Shown here: piece by piece, positions 39,672-48,197 of the stretch
How the letters are laid out: each line of letters begins with the position of its first letter
How positions within the stretch are numbered: the first letter of the stretch is position 1
Source of the DNA: an uncultured Alphaproteobacteria bacterium
GTDB taxonomy: Bacteria > Pseudomonadota > Alphaproteobacteria > CAAHEQ01 > UBA3637
DNA: 64,000 nt
Direction: 5' to 3'
Assembly: GCA_905236245.1 (NCBI GenBank)
Contig: CAJOPC010000029.1
Coordinates: 384-64,383, forward strand
Program-made: the position numbers and the translations under genes
The notes under the pieces: generated by a model
The model's input: the letters and a program-made list of their open reading frames with translations, nothing else
The model's database searches: none
Told to the model about the DNA's origin: nothing

Positions 39672-40268
39672 ATGAAGAAGTATTTATTATCAACTTTAGC
39701 AATCGCAGGATTGCTTACTTTAAATTCAACCGCCAAAGCGGAAGATAACTTCATGGGCATGGGTATGTCTGATGCCTACGCCGTTATGCAAGCAGGTTTT
39801 GGATTCGGACAAAAAGATTACAAAGAATCCGGAGTCGTCGCCCTTGGTGCAGGCTATCATCTTAATTCATATTTAAAATCTGATTTGACCGTCGGTTTTA
39901 GAGGTTTTGGCAAACTGGAACAAAAAAAAGAACATCGCAAAGTTGATGCTTGGGCCATTCCTGTTTTAATGAACGTTTATGCCTCCATTCCTTATAAAAA
40001 CATGTCGGTTTATGCCATGGGCGGCTTGGGTATGTCCTACAACATGCTAGATAATGACAAAGAAATCCGCGGTGACGACAAAATGAACTTTGCCTGGACA
40101 GTTGGCGGCGGCATTGGTTACAAACTCACAGAATGTTGGGGATTGGACTTAGGCTATCGCTATGTGGATTTAGGCGAAGGCCGCTCCAAGCTTAAAGATA
40201 GAGATGTGCGCATGAAACAAAACATGCGGTCTCACGACGTTTTGCTTTCTGCTCGCTATTATTTCTAG
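39672..40268 (+). CDS. small outer-membrane beta-barrel protein (OmpX/Ail/Lom or Omp25-like size class)
   Basis: 198 aa. Signal peptide ending AKA, alternating-hydrophobicity strands, C-terminal SARYYF. Confidence 0.7.
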   Translation: MKKYLLSTLAIAGLLTLNSTAKAEDNFMGMGMSDAYAVMQAGFGFGQKDYKESGVVALGAGYHLNSYLKSDLTVGFRGFGKLEQKKEHRKVDAWAIPVLMNVYASIPYKNMSVYAMGGLGMSYNMLDNDKEIRGDDKMNFAWTVGGGIGYKLTECWGLDLGYRYVDLGEGRSKLKDRDVRMKQNMRSHDVLLSARYYF

Positions 40269-40282
40269 GAATTGCAAAACTA

Positions 40283-40316
40283 AAAAACAGAGGATTCACC
40301 AAAATCCTCTGTTTTC
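40283..40316. terminator. bidirectional terminator between the omp and repressor genes
   Basis: AAAACAGAGGATT / AATCCTCTGTTTT inverted repeat. Confidence 0.6.
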
Positions 40317-40328
40317 ATTTTCCTGATA

Positions 40329-40964
40329 TTATTGACTAACCCAGATAACACGAGCCATCCAACAAACCTCTTCCGGAGTCAAAACAATCAAAGGATGTGC
40401 CGGATTTAATGATTTTAATTCAATTTGTTTGGCACTTTTTCGTTGCAACTCTTTTACCATAACTTCCCCGCTGGCTATTTTCACAACAACTCTGTCATGA
40501 GAACGCACCTCTGCATCCGGTTGAACAACCAATTTGTCTCCTTCACGATAAACAGGAGACATACTATCCCCGGATACTTCTAATGCATAAACACCTTTAG
40601 CTATTTGAACCGGAAAATCTATCCCATCCCAATCACCTGAGGACAAAGGATACCCAGCTGAATCAAAATATCCCTCGCGCCCGGCCTTTGCCAATCCTAA
40701 AAGAGGAATCGTATATTTAGGTGTCGGCATCGGTTGACCCGCATATTCCATAAATTCAAAAACCGTCGTGTTCGTTGCCTTCAAAACTTTATTCATACTC
40801 TCCGTTGATGGCCAACGTTTACGGCCATCGGCACCGATTCGTTTTGACTTGTTAAAACTCGTTGGATCCAATCCTGCCTTTTGGGCCAAAGCAGATAAAG
40901 ATAATCCCTTGGCCTCAGCCAATCTTTCCAAGCCATCCCAAATTTCTTTATACGACAATTGCAT
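40329..40964 (-). CDS. CI/LexA-like autocleavable repressor (HTH_XRE plus S24 peptidase)
   Basis: 211 aa. HTH LSLSALAQKAGLDPTSFNK. IPLLGLAKAG aligns with LexA PLVGRVAAG (Ala-Gly cleavage site). Catalytic GDSMSP Ser and downstream Lys (VMVKEL). Confidence 0.8.
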   Translation of the reverse strand: MQLSYKEIWDGLERLAEAKGLSLSALAQKAGLDPTSFNKSKRIGADGRKRWPSTESMNKVLKATNTTVFEFMEYAGQPMPTPKYTIPLLGLAKAGREGYFDSAGYPLSSGDWDGIDFPVQIAKGVYALEVSGDSMSPVYREGDKLVVQPDAEVRSHDRVVVKIASGEVMVKELQRKSAKQIELKSLNPAHPLIVLTPEEVCWMARVIWVSQ

Positions 40965-41048
40965 AGTGCCTCCTTTCTCTTTTTAGTTGTATATACATTT
41001 AACATATTTTTGTATAAATGTCAATAGGATTTTTTTCTTATTTTTCTC

Positions 41049-41089
41049 TTGACAATCAAAAAATTTTTAATTATGTTCCTATTTTGTTC
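41049..41089 (+). promoter_or_regulatory. early promoter overlapped by an alphaproteobacterial SOS-box-like direct repeat
   Basis: TTGACA (41049-41054), 17 nt, TATGTT (41072-41077). GTTC-CTATTTT-GTTC (41075-41089) fits GTTC-N7-GTTC. Confidence 0.45.
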
Positions 41090-41116
41090 TCATTTTTTTA
41101 AACGAAAGGGGCAAAT

Positions 41117-41473
41117 ATGAGGAATAAATACCTATCGTCAAACGAGCAAGAAACAACACCTTTTGAATCATCAGAAGAAGCATGGTTTTGGTATTGTTTA
41201 TGCGAAAAAGAAAAATCAAATAACCGTCGCCAATACACACCCAAAATTATCAGGCCTTGTGAAACGGCAGATATTTTTATTGCCGTCAAAAGGCTGCTTA
41301 AATTAGGAATTCTAAAACCTTATCATATTAAAATTTTATCCAAATATGGTTTCCAACAAGTGCCACCACACCCACATTTTGGAGACAGCCTAACTATTTG
41401 TCATTTGTGGAAAGAGGCCTTACATTTTTTGGAACGGCTTTTAGTTCAAAAAGGGATCGTCTTTAATTCGTAA
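41117..41473 (+). CDS. hypothetical early protein (candidate regulator)
   Basis: 118 aa. RBS AAAGGGG. No recognisable motif. First gene downstream of the SOS-box promoter. Confidence 0.5.
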   Translation: MRNKYLSSNEQETTPFESSEEAWFWYCLCEKEKSNNRRQYTPKIIRPCETADIFIAVKRLLKLGILKPYHIKILSKYGFQQVPPHPHFGDSLTICHLWKEALHFLERLLVQKGIVFNS

Positions 41474-41490
41474 AAAAGGAGAAAAAGCTT

Positions 41491-41889
41491 ATGATTACTA
41501 CATGTCTTTCATTTGGCTATCGCTTACCATTTGCCTTTGTTGCTTTCGGCGGATCTCCCACACATTGGTGGACAAAATTTTTAAAAAAGGGATTTTACCA
41601 TTGCTTTTTAATTTTAGGAAATGGACGCGAATGGTATATTATTGATCCAGTCATGCATTTTACTGACTTTATCGTCGTCAAAACGCATTATATTGAAAAT
41701 TTTTTCATTCAAAAAGGATATCGGCTGATTCGCACAACGCCATTGTTACCACAAAAAATTTCTTTCTTTTTTCGCCCTTGCACTTGCGTTGAAACAGTTC
41801 GACGTTTTTTGGGTATTCAGCATCCTTTTTTATGGACTCCTTATCAACTTTTTTGTTATTTAACTAAAAAAAAGGAAAATAATCCTTGA
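41491..41889 (+). CDS. hypothetical early protein
   Basis: 132 aa. RBS AAGGAG. Trp/Phe/Cys-rich, with no recognisable motif. Confidence 0.45.
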   Translation: MITTCLSFGYRLPFAFVAFGGSPTHWWTKFLKKGFYHCFLILGNGREWYIIDPVMHFTDFIVVKTHYIENFFIQKGYRLIRTTPLLPQKISFFFRPCTCVETVRRFLGIQHPFLWTPYQLFCYLTKKKENNP

Positions 41890-41914
41890 CATTTGCAAAA
41901 AAATGTGTTATACT
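41886..41914 (+). promoter_or_regulatory. near-consensus extended -10 promoter for the structural operon
   Basis: TTGACA (41886-41891, overlapping the upstream stop codon), 17 nt, TGT-TATACT (-10 at 41909-41914). The palindrome ACTGTT-C-AACAGT lies at 41912-41924. Confidence 0.5.
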
Positions 41915-41950
41915 GTTCAACAGTTAAAATCAATCAGTGTATCTAATATC

Positions 41951-41989
41951 AAAATCGCTCTTTCAACAGGGCGATTTTTCTATTTTTAA
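41951..41989 (+). terminator. terminator-like hairpin between the structural promoter and the portal start (putative attenuator)
   Basis: AAAATCGCTC / GGGCGATTTT stem (one G-U pair), 8-nt loop, then TCTATTTTT. It ends about 16 nt before the portal ATG. Confidence 0.4.
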
Positions 41990-42004
41990 TTGAAAGGAAA
42001 AATC

Positions 42005-43507
42005 ATGTCAGATATCACTCTTATATACAACACTTATAAACGAGCGCTGCAAGATCGTCAAGCGTGGGAATCCACTTGGCAAGAATGTTATGCCTATGCC
42101 CTCCCGCAACGAGAATCCATTTTGAATTCTACTTCTAGCAAAACTAGCATCTTATATGATGGCACAGCACCTGACGCCGTGGATCAACTGGGAGCCTTGA
42201 TGTTATCTCAACTCACGCCACCTTGGATGAATTGGTTTAAACTAACGGCAGGAAATGACTTAAACGAATCGGAACAAAAGGCTTTACTTCCTCAATTGGA
42301 AAAAATGACAAATACGATTCAAACACATTTTGATCGCAGCAATTTTGCGATGGAAATCCATCAATGCTATTTGGACTTAATTACAGCAGGAACCGCCTGT
42401 TTGATGTTTGAAGAATCACCTTTTGGCGCCGCATCTGCCTTTCACTTTTCCGCCGTCCCGCTTTCGCAACTGTGTTTAGCAGAAGGTCCTTCCGGGCGTT
42501 TAGATTATATTTTCAGAACTGTTCAAATGGATTATGATTCATTTACGAATCGTTTTGGAGACTTTATTTTGCCAACAGACGTTATTGTCAAAGCACGCAA
42601 AGAACCAATTCGATTGGATGTTATTGAATGTGTTGAGCCCAATCAAGATGGGTCTTTTTCCTACACTGCATTTTTAGATCCCAATTGCCAACACCTCTCC
42701 AATAACGGAGAACCTGTCATGCTAAAACAAGCGCATTATGACACCTCTCCGTTTATTGCTTTCCGTTGGCTAAAAGCCCCGGGAGAAGTTTACGGCCGTT
42801 CCCCCGTTATGAAAGCTTTGCCAGACATTAAAACGGCAAACAAGGTTGTGGAACTTATCCTTAAAAACGCCACAATCGCCGTAACGGGTATCTGGCTTGC
42901 CGAGGATGATGGCGTGTTAAATCCTGCCAACATCCGTCTAACCCCGGGAGCCATTATTCCCAAAGCCGTTGGATCTAAGGGGCTAACAGCTCTGGAATCT
43001 CCAGGGAAATTTGATGTATCACAATTGGTCATTAAAGATTTAAGAGAACGTATCAGGCACGCTTTATTGGGAGATAGATTAGGCCAATTAGACACATCTG
43101 CCCCGATGACTGCAACAGAAGTGCTTGAAAGAGCAGATGAAATGTTGTTGGTTTTAGGCGCAACGTATGGTCGTTTACAATCGGAATTATTGATGCCATT
43201 AATTGAACGCGCCGCCGCTATTTTACGCAAACGTGGAGAAATCCCCGATATTTTCATTGATGGTCATTATTTAAAAATCGCCTATCAATCTCAACGAGCA
43301 GAAAAGCAAGCCCGGATCAACGCACAAAACGGCCTTACATGGCTTGGTGAAATATCTAAATTAGGAGAAGCCGCACTCGGCCAAATTGATATTCCTGCCT
43401 TTATTCGATGGCTGGGACATAATTTAAACATTCCGGAAAGCGTTTTTAACAAAGCAGTTTCTGCTCCCCTTATCCCGCTTTCACAACCACAAACTCAAGG
43501 AGAATAA
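42005..43507 (+). CDS. portal (head-to-tail connector) protein, T7 gp8 family
   Basis: About 500 aa from the ATG at 42005 (RBS AAAGGA). N-terminal RQAWESTWQECYAYALPQRE...LYDGTAPDAVDQLGALMLSQLTPPWMNWFKL is typical of podoviral Head-tail_con portals. Confidence 0.8.
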   Translation: MSDITLIYNTYKRALQDRQAWESTWQECYAYALPQRESILNSTSSKTSILYDGTAPDAVDQLGALMLSQLTPPWMNWFKLTAGNDLNESEQKALLPQLEKMTNTIQTHFDRSNFAMEIHQCYLDLITAGTACLMFEESPFGAASAFHFSAVPLSQLCLAEGPSGRLDYIFRTVQMDYDSFTNRFGDFILPTDVIVKARKEPIRLDVIECVEPNQDGSFSYTAFLDPNCQHLSNNGEPVMLKQAHYDTSPFIAFRWLKAPGEVYGRSPVMKALPDIKTANKVVELILKNATIAVTGIWLAEDDGVLNPANIRLTPGAIIPKAVGSKGLTALESPGKFDVSQLVIKDLRERIRHALLGDRLGQLDTSAPMTATEVLERADEMLLVLGATYGRLQSELLMPLIERAAAILRKRGEIPDIFIDGHYLKIAYQSQRAEKQARINAQNGLTWLGEISKLGEAALGQIDIPAFIRWLGHNLNIPESVFNKAVSAPLIPLSQPQTQGE

Positions 43508-43508
43508 G

Positions 43509-44189
43509 ATGATAAAAACTCAAGACAAAACCAATAAAATAATCAATTCTGATGACGAAATGATCAAAATTCCAAATAAATTTTTGGACGCAGAAGGCCA
43601 ATTAAACACGGCTGCTTTAATAAAATCCTATTTGGAATTAGAGCGTAAATTATCAGAAATAAAATCAAATGAAAATGTTCCTTCTCAATCGGTCACAGAG
43701 TATAAACTCACAATGAAATCGCCGCTTATTCAAGAAGATCCGGAAATTGATCAAACATTATTACAACATGGATTCACAAATGAACAAGCACAAGTGGTCT
43801 ATGATTTAGCGGCTGATAAAATTATTCCGGCATTACAAAACTTGATGGACGACATCACAACAGATCAAGAGCTGAAAGGATTAGAACAAGCTTTCGGCGG
43901 CCCAGAACAATTCAACATTGTCGCACGCCAAATTTCCGCTTGGGGAGAAAAAAATTTAGATCAAAAAACATTTAACGCTTTGGCTTCGTCAAAAGATGGT
44001 ATTTTAACAATGTATAAGATGATGCAAGGCAATTTAGAATCACCTTTGTTAAAAGGCCAAGGGCAAATGACGCCTCAAGATGATGAAGCATCCTTGAAAA
44101 AATTGATGCAAAATCCAAAATATTGGCGCGATCAAGATCCAGAGCTATTAAAACGCGTAGAGGCTGGTTTTAAACGCCTTTACGATTAA
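43509..44189 (+). CDS. capsid scaffolding protein
   Basis: 226 aa. IPNKFLDAEGQLNTAALIKSYLELERKL is typical of podoviral scaffolds. Lies between portal and capsid, with its ATG 1 nt after the portal stop. Confidence 0.7.
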   Translation: MIKTQDKTNKIINSDDEMIKIPNKFLDAEGQLNTAALIKSYLELERKLSEIKSNENVPSQSVTEYKLTMKSPLIQEDPEIDQTLLQHGFTNEQAQVVYDLAADKIIPALQNLMDDITTDQELKGLEQAFGGPEQFNIVARQISAWGEKNLDQKTFNALASSKDGILTMYKMMQGNLESPLLKGQGQMTPQDDEASLKKLMQNPKYWRDQDPELLKRVEAGFKRLYD

Positions 44190-44295
44190 ACCTTTTGTGG
44201 ACAAGTCTTTTGACCCCACGGAAAAATCGGGCGAAGGCAACTTCATAACCCACAACTTTAAAACAAAAAAATAACAAATAACGAAAGGAATTATT

Positions 44296-45168
44296 ATGTC
44301 TGTATCAACAGCAATTGATGCTTCGTTTGTAAAACATTTTGAAGCAGAAGTTCACAACGCTTATCAACAACAGGGTTCAAAACTCAGAAACACCGTCCGT
44401 TTTAAAGGCGGCATTACAGGAACAAGCACGACCTTCCAGGTCATTGGCGCTCAATCTGCCAATCAAAAATCTTCTCGCAACGCTCAGCTGACACCATCTG
44501 CCGTGACACATGCTCCTGTGGAATGTGAATTGTCCGACTGGTATGCCGGTCAATGGGTAGACAAATTAGATGAATTAAAAATCGGCCACGATGAACGCAA
44601 AGTGTTGGCCACAGCTGGCGCCTATGCTTTGGGCCGCAAAACAGATGCTTTGATTATTACAGCACTCAGCAACGCAAGCAACACCGCAGGCACATCCAGC
44701 GAAGCTTTGACAAAAGATCGTATCTTGTCCGCCTTTGCTACCTTAAACAGCAACAATGTGCCGGATGACGGTGAACGTTACGCTCTGGTCGGCCCAGCAC
44801 AGTGGAATCAACTGCTCAGCTTGGATGAATTTTCCAATGCAAACTATGTAGGTGATGAGCACCCATTTGTGGCCGGCTCCGAATCGCGCAAGTGGATGGG
44901 CATCAACTGGATCATGCACACAGGATTACCAACATCCGGATCAGGTTCCAGCGCAACAACCACATGCTTTATTTACCATAAATCCGCCGTCGGCTTGGCC
45001 GCTGGTCAGGACATTACAACCGACATCACATGGCATGGCGACTATGCTGCCCATTATGTGAACAACATGATGAGCCAAGGCGCTTGCTTAATTGACAACA
45101 ACGGCGTTGTCAAAATGGTTTGTTTGGATACACCTCCTGCCGCAGAAGATGCCAACGCAGAAACCTAA
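44296..45168 (+). CDS. major capsid protein
   Basis: 290 aa. Position and composition fit, and it is followed by a strong terminator. N-terminal FVKHFEAEVHNAYQQQGSKLRNTVR and AYALGRKTDALIITAL resemble podoviral coat proteins. Confidence 0.75.
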   Translation: MSVSTAIDASFVKHFEAEVHNAYQQQGSKLRNTVRFKGGITGTSTTFQVIGAQSANQKSSRNAQLTPSAVTHAPVECELSDWYAGQWVDKLDELKIGHDERKVLATAGAYALGRKTDALIITALSNASNTAGTSSEALTKDRILSAFATLNSNNVPDDGERYALVGPAQWNQLLSLDEFSNANYVGDEHPFVAGSESRKWMGINWIMHTGLPTSGSGSSATTTCFIYHKSAVGLAAGQDITTDITWHGDYAAHYVNNMMSQGACLIDNNGVVKMVCLDTPPAAEDANAET

Positions 45169-45184
45169 AATTTGTTTAAACACG

Positions 45185-45215
45185 GCCCCCTTTTCATTAA
45201 GGGGGCTTTCTTTTT
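45185..45215 (+). terminator. intrinsic terminator after the capsid gene
   Basis: GCCCCCTT / AAGGGGGC stem followed by TTTCTTTTT. Confidence 0.65.
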
Positions 45216-45229
45216 GAAAGGAAGCCAAA

Positions 45230-45799
45230 ATGTCTTATACAAAAATTGATTTATGTTCCCGCGCATTAGTTAAACTGGGGGCAAACAGTATTGCTTCGTT
45301 TAATGAAGCAACCGCAGAAGCTAAAGTTTGTGCGCAATTGTATGAACCAACGGTTGAAAGCTTATTGGCATCATATCCTTGGCGTTTTGCATTAGAAAAA
45401 GCTACGCTCGCTCGCCTTACATCTAAACCAACGGCAGATTACCAATACGCCTATCAACTGCCCAATAATTGCGTTCGCGTTCTTTCCGCAGGCAACGGAA
45501 GCAAAAGCCAAGGTTTAAAATACAAAATCGTTGGCAATATGTTGCATACAAATGCAGATCAAGTCATTATTTCCTATATTGCCAGGCCAGACGAATCGGT
45601 CTTCCCTGCATTTTTCAGCAATGCTCTAATTGCTAAATTAGCCGCAGAATTATGCCTTCCGCTCACTGAAAGCACCGCACGGACAGATTATATGTATAAA
45701 CGAGCAGAAGAGGAATTTAAAATTGCAAAATTGACTGACAGCCAACAAGATGTCCCCGCTTGTTTCCAAGATTTTTCTTTAATTGAGGTACGCCAATGA
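45230..45799 (+). CDS. tail tubular protein A / adaptor (T7 gp11-like)
   Basis: 189 aa (T7 gp11 is 196 aa). IDLCSRALVKLGANSIASFNEATAEAKVCAQLYEPTVESLLASYPWRFA parallels gp11 [46 protein letters not shown]. Confidence 0.7.
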   Translation: MSYTKIDLCSRALVKLGANSIASFNEATAEAKVCAQLYEPTVESLLASYPWRFALEKATLARLTSKPTADYQYAYQLPNNCVRVLSAGNGSKSQGLKYKIVGNMLHTNADQVIISYIARPDESVFPAFFSNALIAKLAAELCLPLTESTARTDYMYKRAEEEFKIAKLTDSQQDVPACFQDFSLIEVRQ

Positions 45800-47721
45800 C
45801 AAATATTTTTACAAGCAAAACAAATTTTGCCGCAGGAGAATTGTCAACAGACCTATTGGGACGCGTCGACATTAATGCATATGCCAATGGCGCCTTATCC
45901 TTGAAAAATGTGTTTGTAGAACCAACAGGAGGGGTTCATCGTCGGCCTGGGCTGCAATTTATGGCAAATGTATCGTCATCCGGTCGCTTGATTGCCTTTG
46001 AACAATCACAATCTAAAAGGTATTTAATATTAGTCCAAGCTGGTCAAACACGTATTTATCAAGGGGATACTTTGGTTGACACCCTTACAACACCATGGAC
46101 ACAAACACAGCTTTCTCAAATTGCATGGTGTCAATTGAATAACGGCATTTTAATCGTTCATCCGGATGTAGCACCACGTAAAATCGTTCTAAATAATACA
46201 ACATGGTCTCTTCAAAATTTTGCATTTTTAGAGGAAGATAATTGTATTTTACAACCCTATTACCGATTCGCTGGAGATGATGTGACTATAGCGTCTAGCG
46301 GATGTGGCGGTACAGTCACATTAACTACTAGCGCTGATGTGTTCACCAACGACCATATTGGCATGCAATTTAAAATTGCTGATGGATATGTTTTAATTCA
46401 ATCTGTTACCAATGCTACACAAGCAACGGGCGTCGTAAAAAAGAAACTCATGGATGGAGAAAACATTGGTGATTCCACTGCACTAAATGCAACGCGCCAT
46501 TGGGGAGAGCCAGCCTTTACAACACAACGCGGATGGCCTTCAACAGTTTGCACCTATCAATCCAGATTAGTTTTTGGCGGAAGCAAATCTTTACCAAGCA
46601 CTTTATGGTTCAGTCAAACTGGTGACATTACCAATTTCGAACAAGGGGATGGTTATGATGCAGAAGCAATTGAATTTCAAATATTGTCTAACCAATCAGA
46701 TCATATTGCCGCCCTTTTTGCTGGACGCCATTTGCAAGTATTCACCGCCAGCGCAGAATGGATGGTATCAGGAGATCCTTTAACTCCATCCAACATCCAA
46801 TTAAAACGCCAAACCCAAGTTGGCAGTCGAACCGATATTTTTGTTCCACCAATTGGCATTGATGGCGCCACTATTTTTGCGGGAGCTGATGGCCACGAAA
46901 TCCGTGAATTTTTATTTTCGGATTTAGAAGGAGTCTATCAAGCAACGGACTTATCTTTATTGGCTCGCCATTTAATTCAAAAGCCCATTGATATGGCTTA
47001 TGATAAACATGAGCGGCAAGCCTATATTGTCATGAATAATGGTCATTTGGTCACTCTGACTTCGTTTAGAGCGGAAGATTTACAAAGCTGGACCGAACAA
47101 ATAACAGACGGAGCATTTTTATCCGTTGCTATCTTGGGTGAAACAGCCTATTTTTTAATCAAACGAGGAGAAAACTATTTCCTTGAATGTTTTAATAATA
47201 CGCTTCATACAGACGCGGGAATTACTCGCGAACTTGAAAGCGCTACAACAACATTCACTAGCTTAAATCACTTAAACGGCAAAACTGTTTCTATTGTTGG
47301 AGACGGCATTGTTATGGAACCGATGGAGGTTCAAAACAATCAATTAGTTTTACCGCATGCTGTTGAAAAAATAGAAATAGGCCTACCGTTTACGCATATT
47401 ATCATACCATTACCACCCGTCGCCTCTGCTAATAACGGAGCGGCCCCGGTATCCAGTTGTCGTTTGGTCAGAGCTGTTTTTAGATTGGTAGACACATTTT
47501 CTTTGGAAATTGATACTGGAACAGGTGTTCATCAAGAAATTGTTCCAGAAATGGACACATATTGTTTGGACAATTCAACCACACAACAAACAAAAGATTT
47601 GGTATTGCGATCACTGGGCTGGGTTCGCAGCCCCACACAACCTTTGTGGGAAATTATTGGTTCAAGTCCACAGGCATTTAAATTAGTGTCTGTTACTAGT
47701 GACATTAAATTAGGAGGTTAA
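45796..47721 (+). CDS. tail tubular protein B / nozzle (T7 gp12-like)
   Basis: 641 aa. ATGA overlap with the adaptor gene. The N-terminus GELSTDLLGRVDINAYANGALSLKNVFVEPTGGVHRRPG resembles the gp12-type nozzle N-terminus. Confidence 0.7.
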   Translation: MTNIFTSKTNFAAGELSTDLLGRVDINAYANGALSLKNVFVEPTGGVHRRPGLQFMANVSSSGRLIAFEQSQSKRYLILVQAGQTRIYQGDTLVDTLTTPWTQTQLSQIAWCQLNNGILIVHPDVAPRKIVLNNTTWSLQNFAFLEEDNCILQPYYRFAGDDVTIASSGCGGTVTLTTSADVFTNDHIGMQFKIADGYVLIQSVTNATQATGVVKKKLMDGENIGDSTALNATRHWGEPAFTTQRGWPSTVCTYQSRLVFGGSKSLPSTLWFSQTGDITNFEQGDGYDAEAIEFQILSNQSDHIAALFAGRHLQVFTASAEWMVSGDPLTPSNIQLKRQTQVGSRTDIFVPPIGIDGATIFAGADGHEIREFLFSDLEGVYQATDLSLLARHLIQKPIDMAYDKHERQAYIVMNNGHLVTLTSFRAEDLQSWTEQITDGAFLSVAILGETAYFLIKRGENYFLECFNNTLHTDAGITRELESATTTFTSLNHLNGKTVSIVGDGIVMEPMEVQNNQLVLPHAVEKIEIGLPFTHIIIPLPPVASANNGAAPVSSCRLVRAVFRLVDTFSLEIDTGTGVHQEIVPEMDTYCLDNSTTQQTKDLVLRSLGWVRSPTQPLWEIIGSSPQAFKLVSVTSDIKLGG

Positions 47722-47722
47722 C

Positions 47723-48187
47723 ATGGAAGTCGCTATTGCCGCCGTCGGCGCCGCTATCGTCGGATCGGCTTATTATTCAAAAGAAACGGCTGACAATCAA
47801 AAAAAGGCCATTAAAAAATCAAATGCCCTTGCCGCTGCACAAGCAGATTTAGATCGTCAATCTGCCCAAATGTTGTTAGAAGAACAACAACGTAAAAACA
47901 AAAATTTACTGCGTCAACAACAATCTAGCTATAAAGCCAAACTCGGCGCAAGCGGATTGAATCATACAAATGGTTCCGGGCAAATTATTCTAGATGCTCT
48001 ACAAAAAGAGCACGATATAGAAGATAAATACCTTGTAGAACAAGCAAAAATATCTTTGCAATCCTTGGATAATGCTCTGGAACAAACAACACGCAGGAAT
48101 TTACTTGCATTAGATAATATATCTGCAAACCAGAAAAAAGACATATTGGATGGTATCAGCAGTACTGGACGGAGTATAATTAAATAA
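47723..48187 (+). CDS. internal virion protein, gp14-like
   Basis: 154 aa. Hydrophobic N-terminus AIAAVGAAIVGSA, then a Gln/Ala-rich coiled coil, like T7 gp14. Position after the nozzle gene. Confidence 0.45.
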   Translation: MEVAIAAVGAAIVGSAYYSKETADNQKKAIKKSNALAAAQADLDRQSAQMLLEEQQRKNKNLLRQQQSSYKAKLGASGLNHTNGSGQIILDALQKEHDIEDKYLVEQAKISLQSLDNALEQTTRRNLLALDNISANQKKDILDGISSTGRSIIK

Positions 48188-48197
48188 GGAGTTCCAT

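Noticed and set aside
41990-42004. TTG-initiated 5-codon extension of the portal ORF given in the track.
   Set aside because: The ATG at 42005 has a proper AAAGGA RBS. The extension would start inside the T-tract of the leader hairpin.
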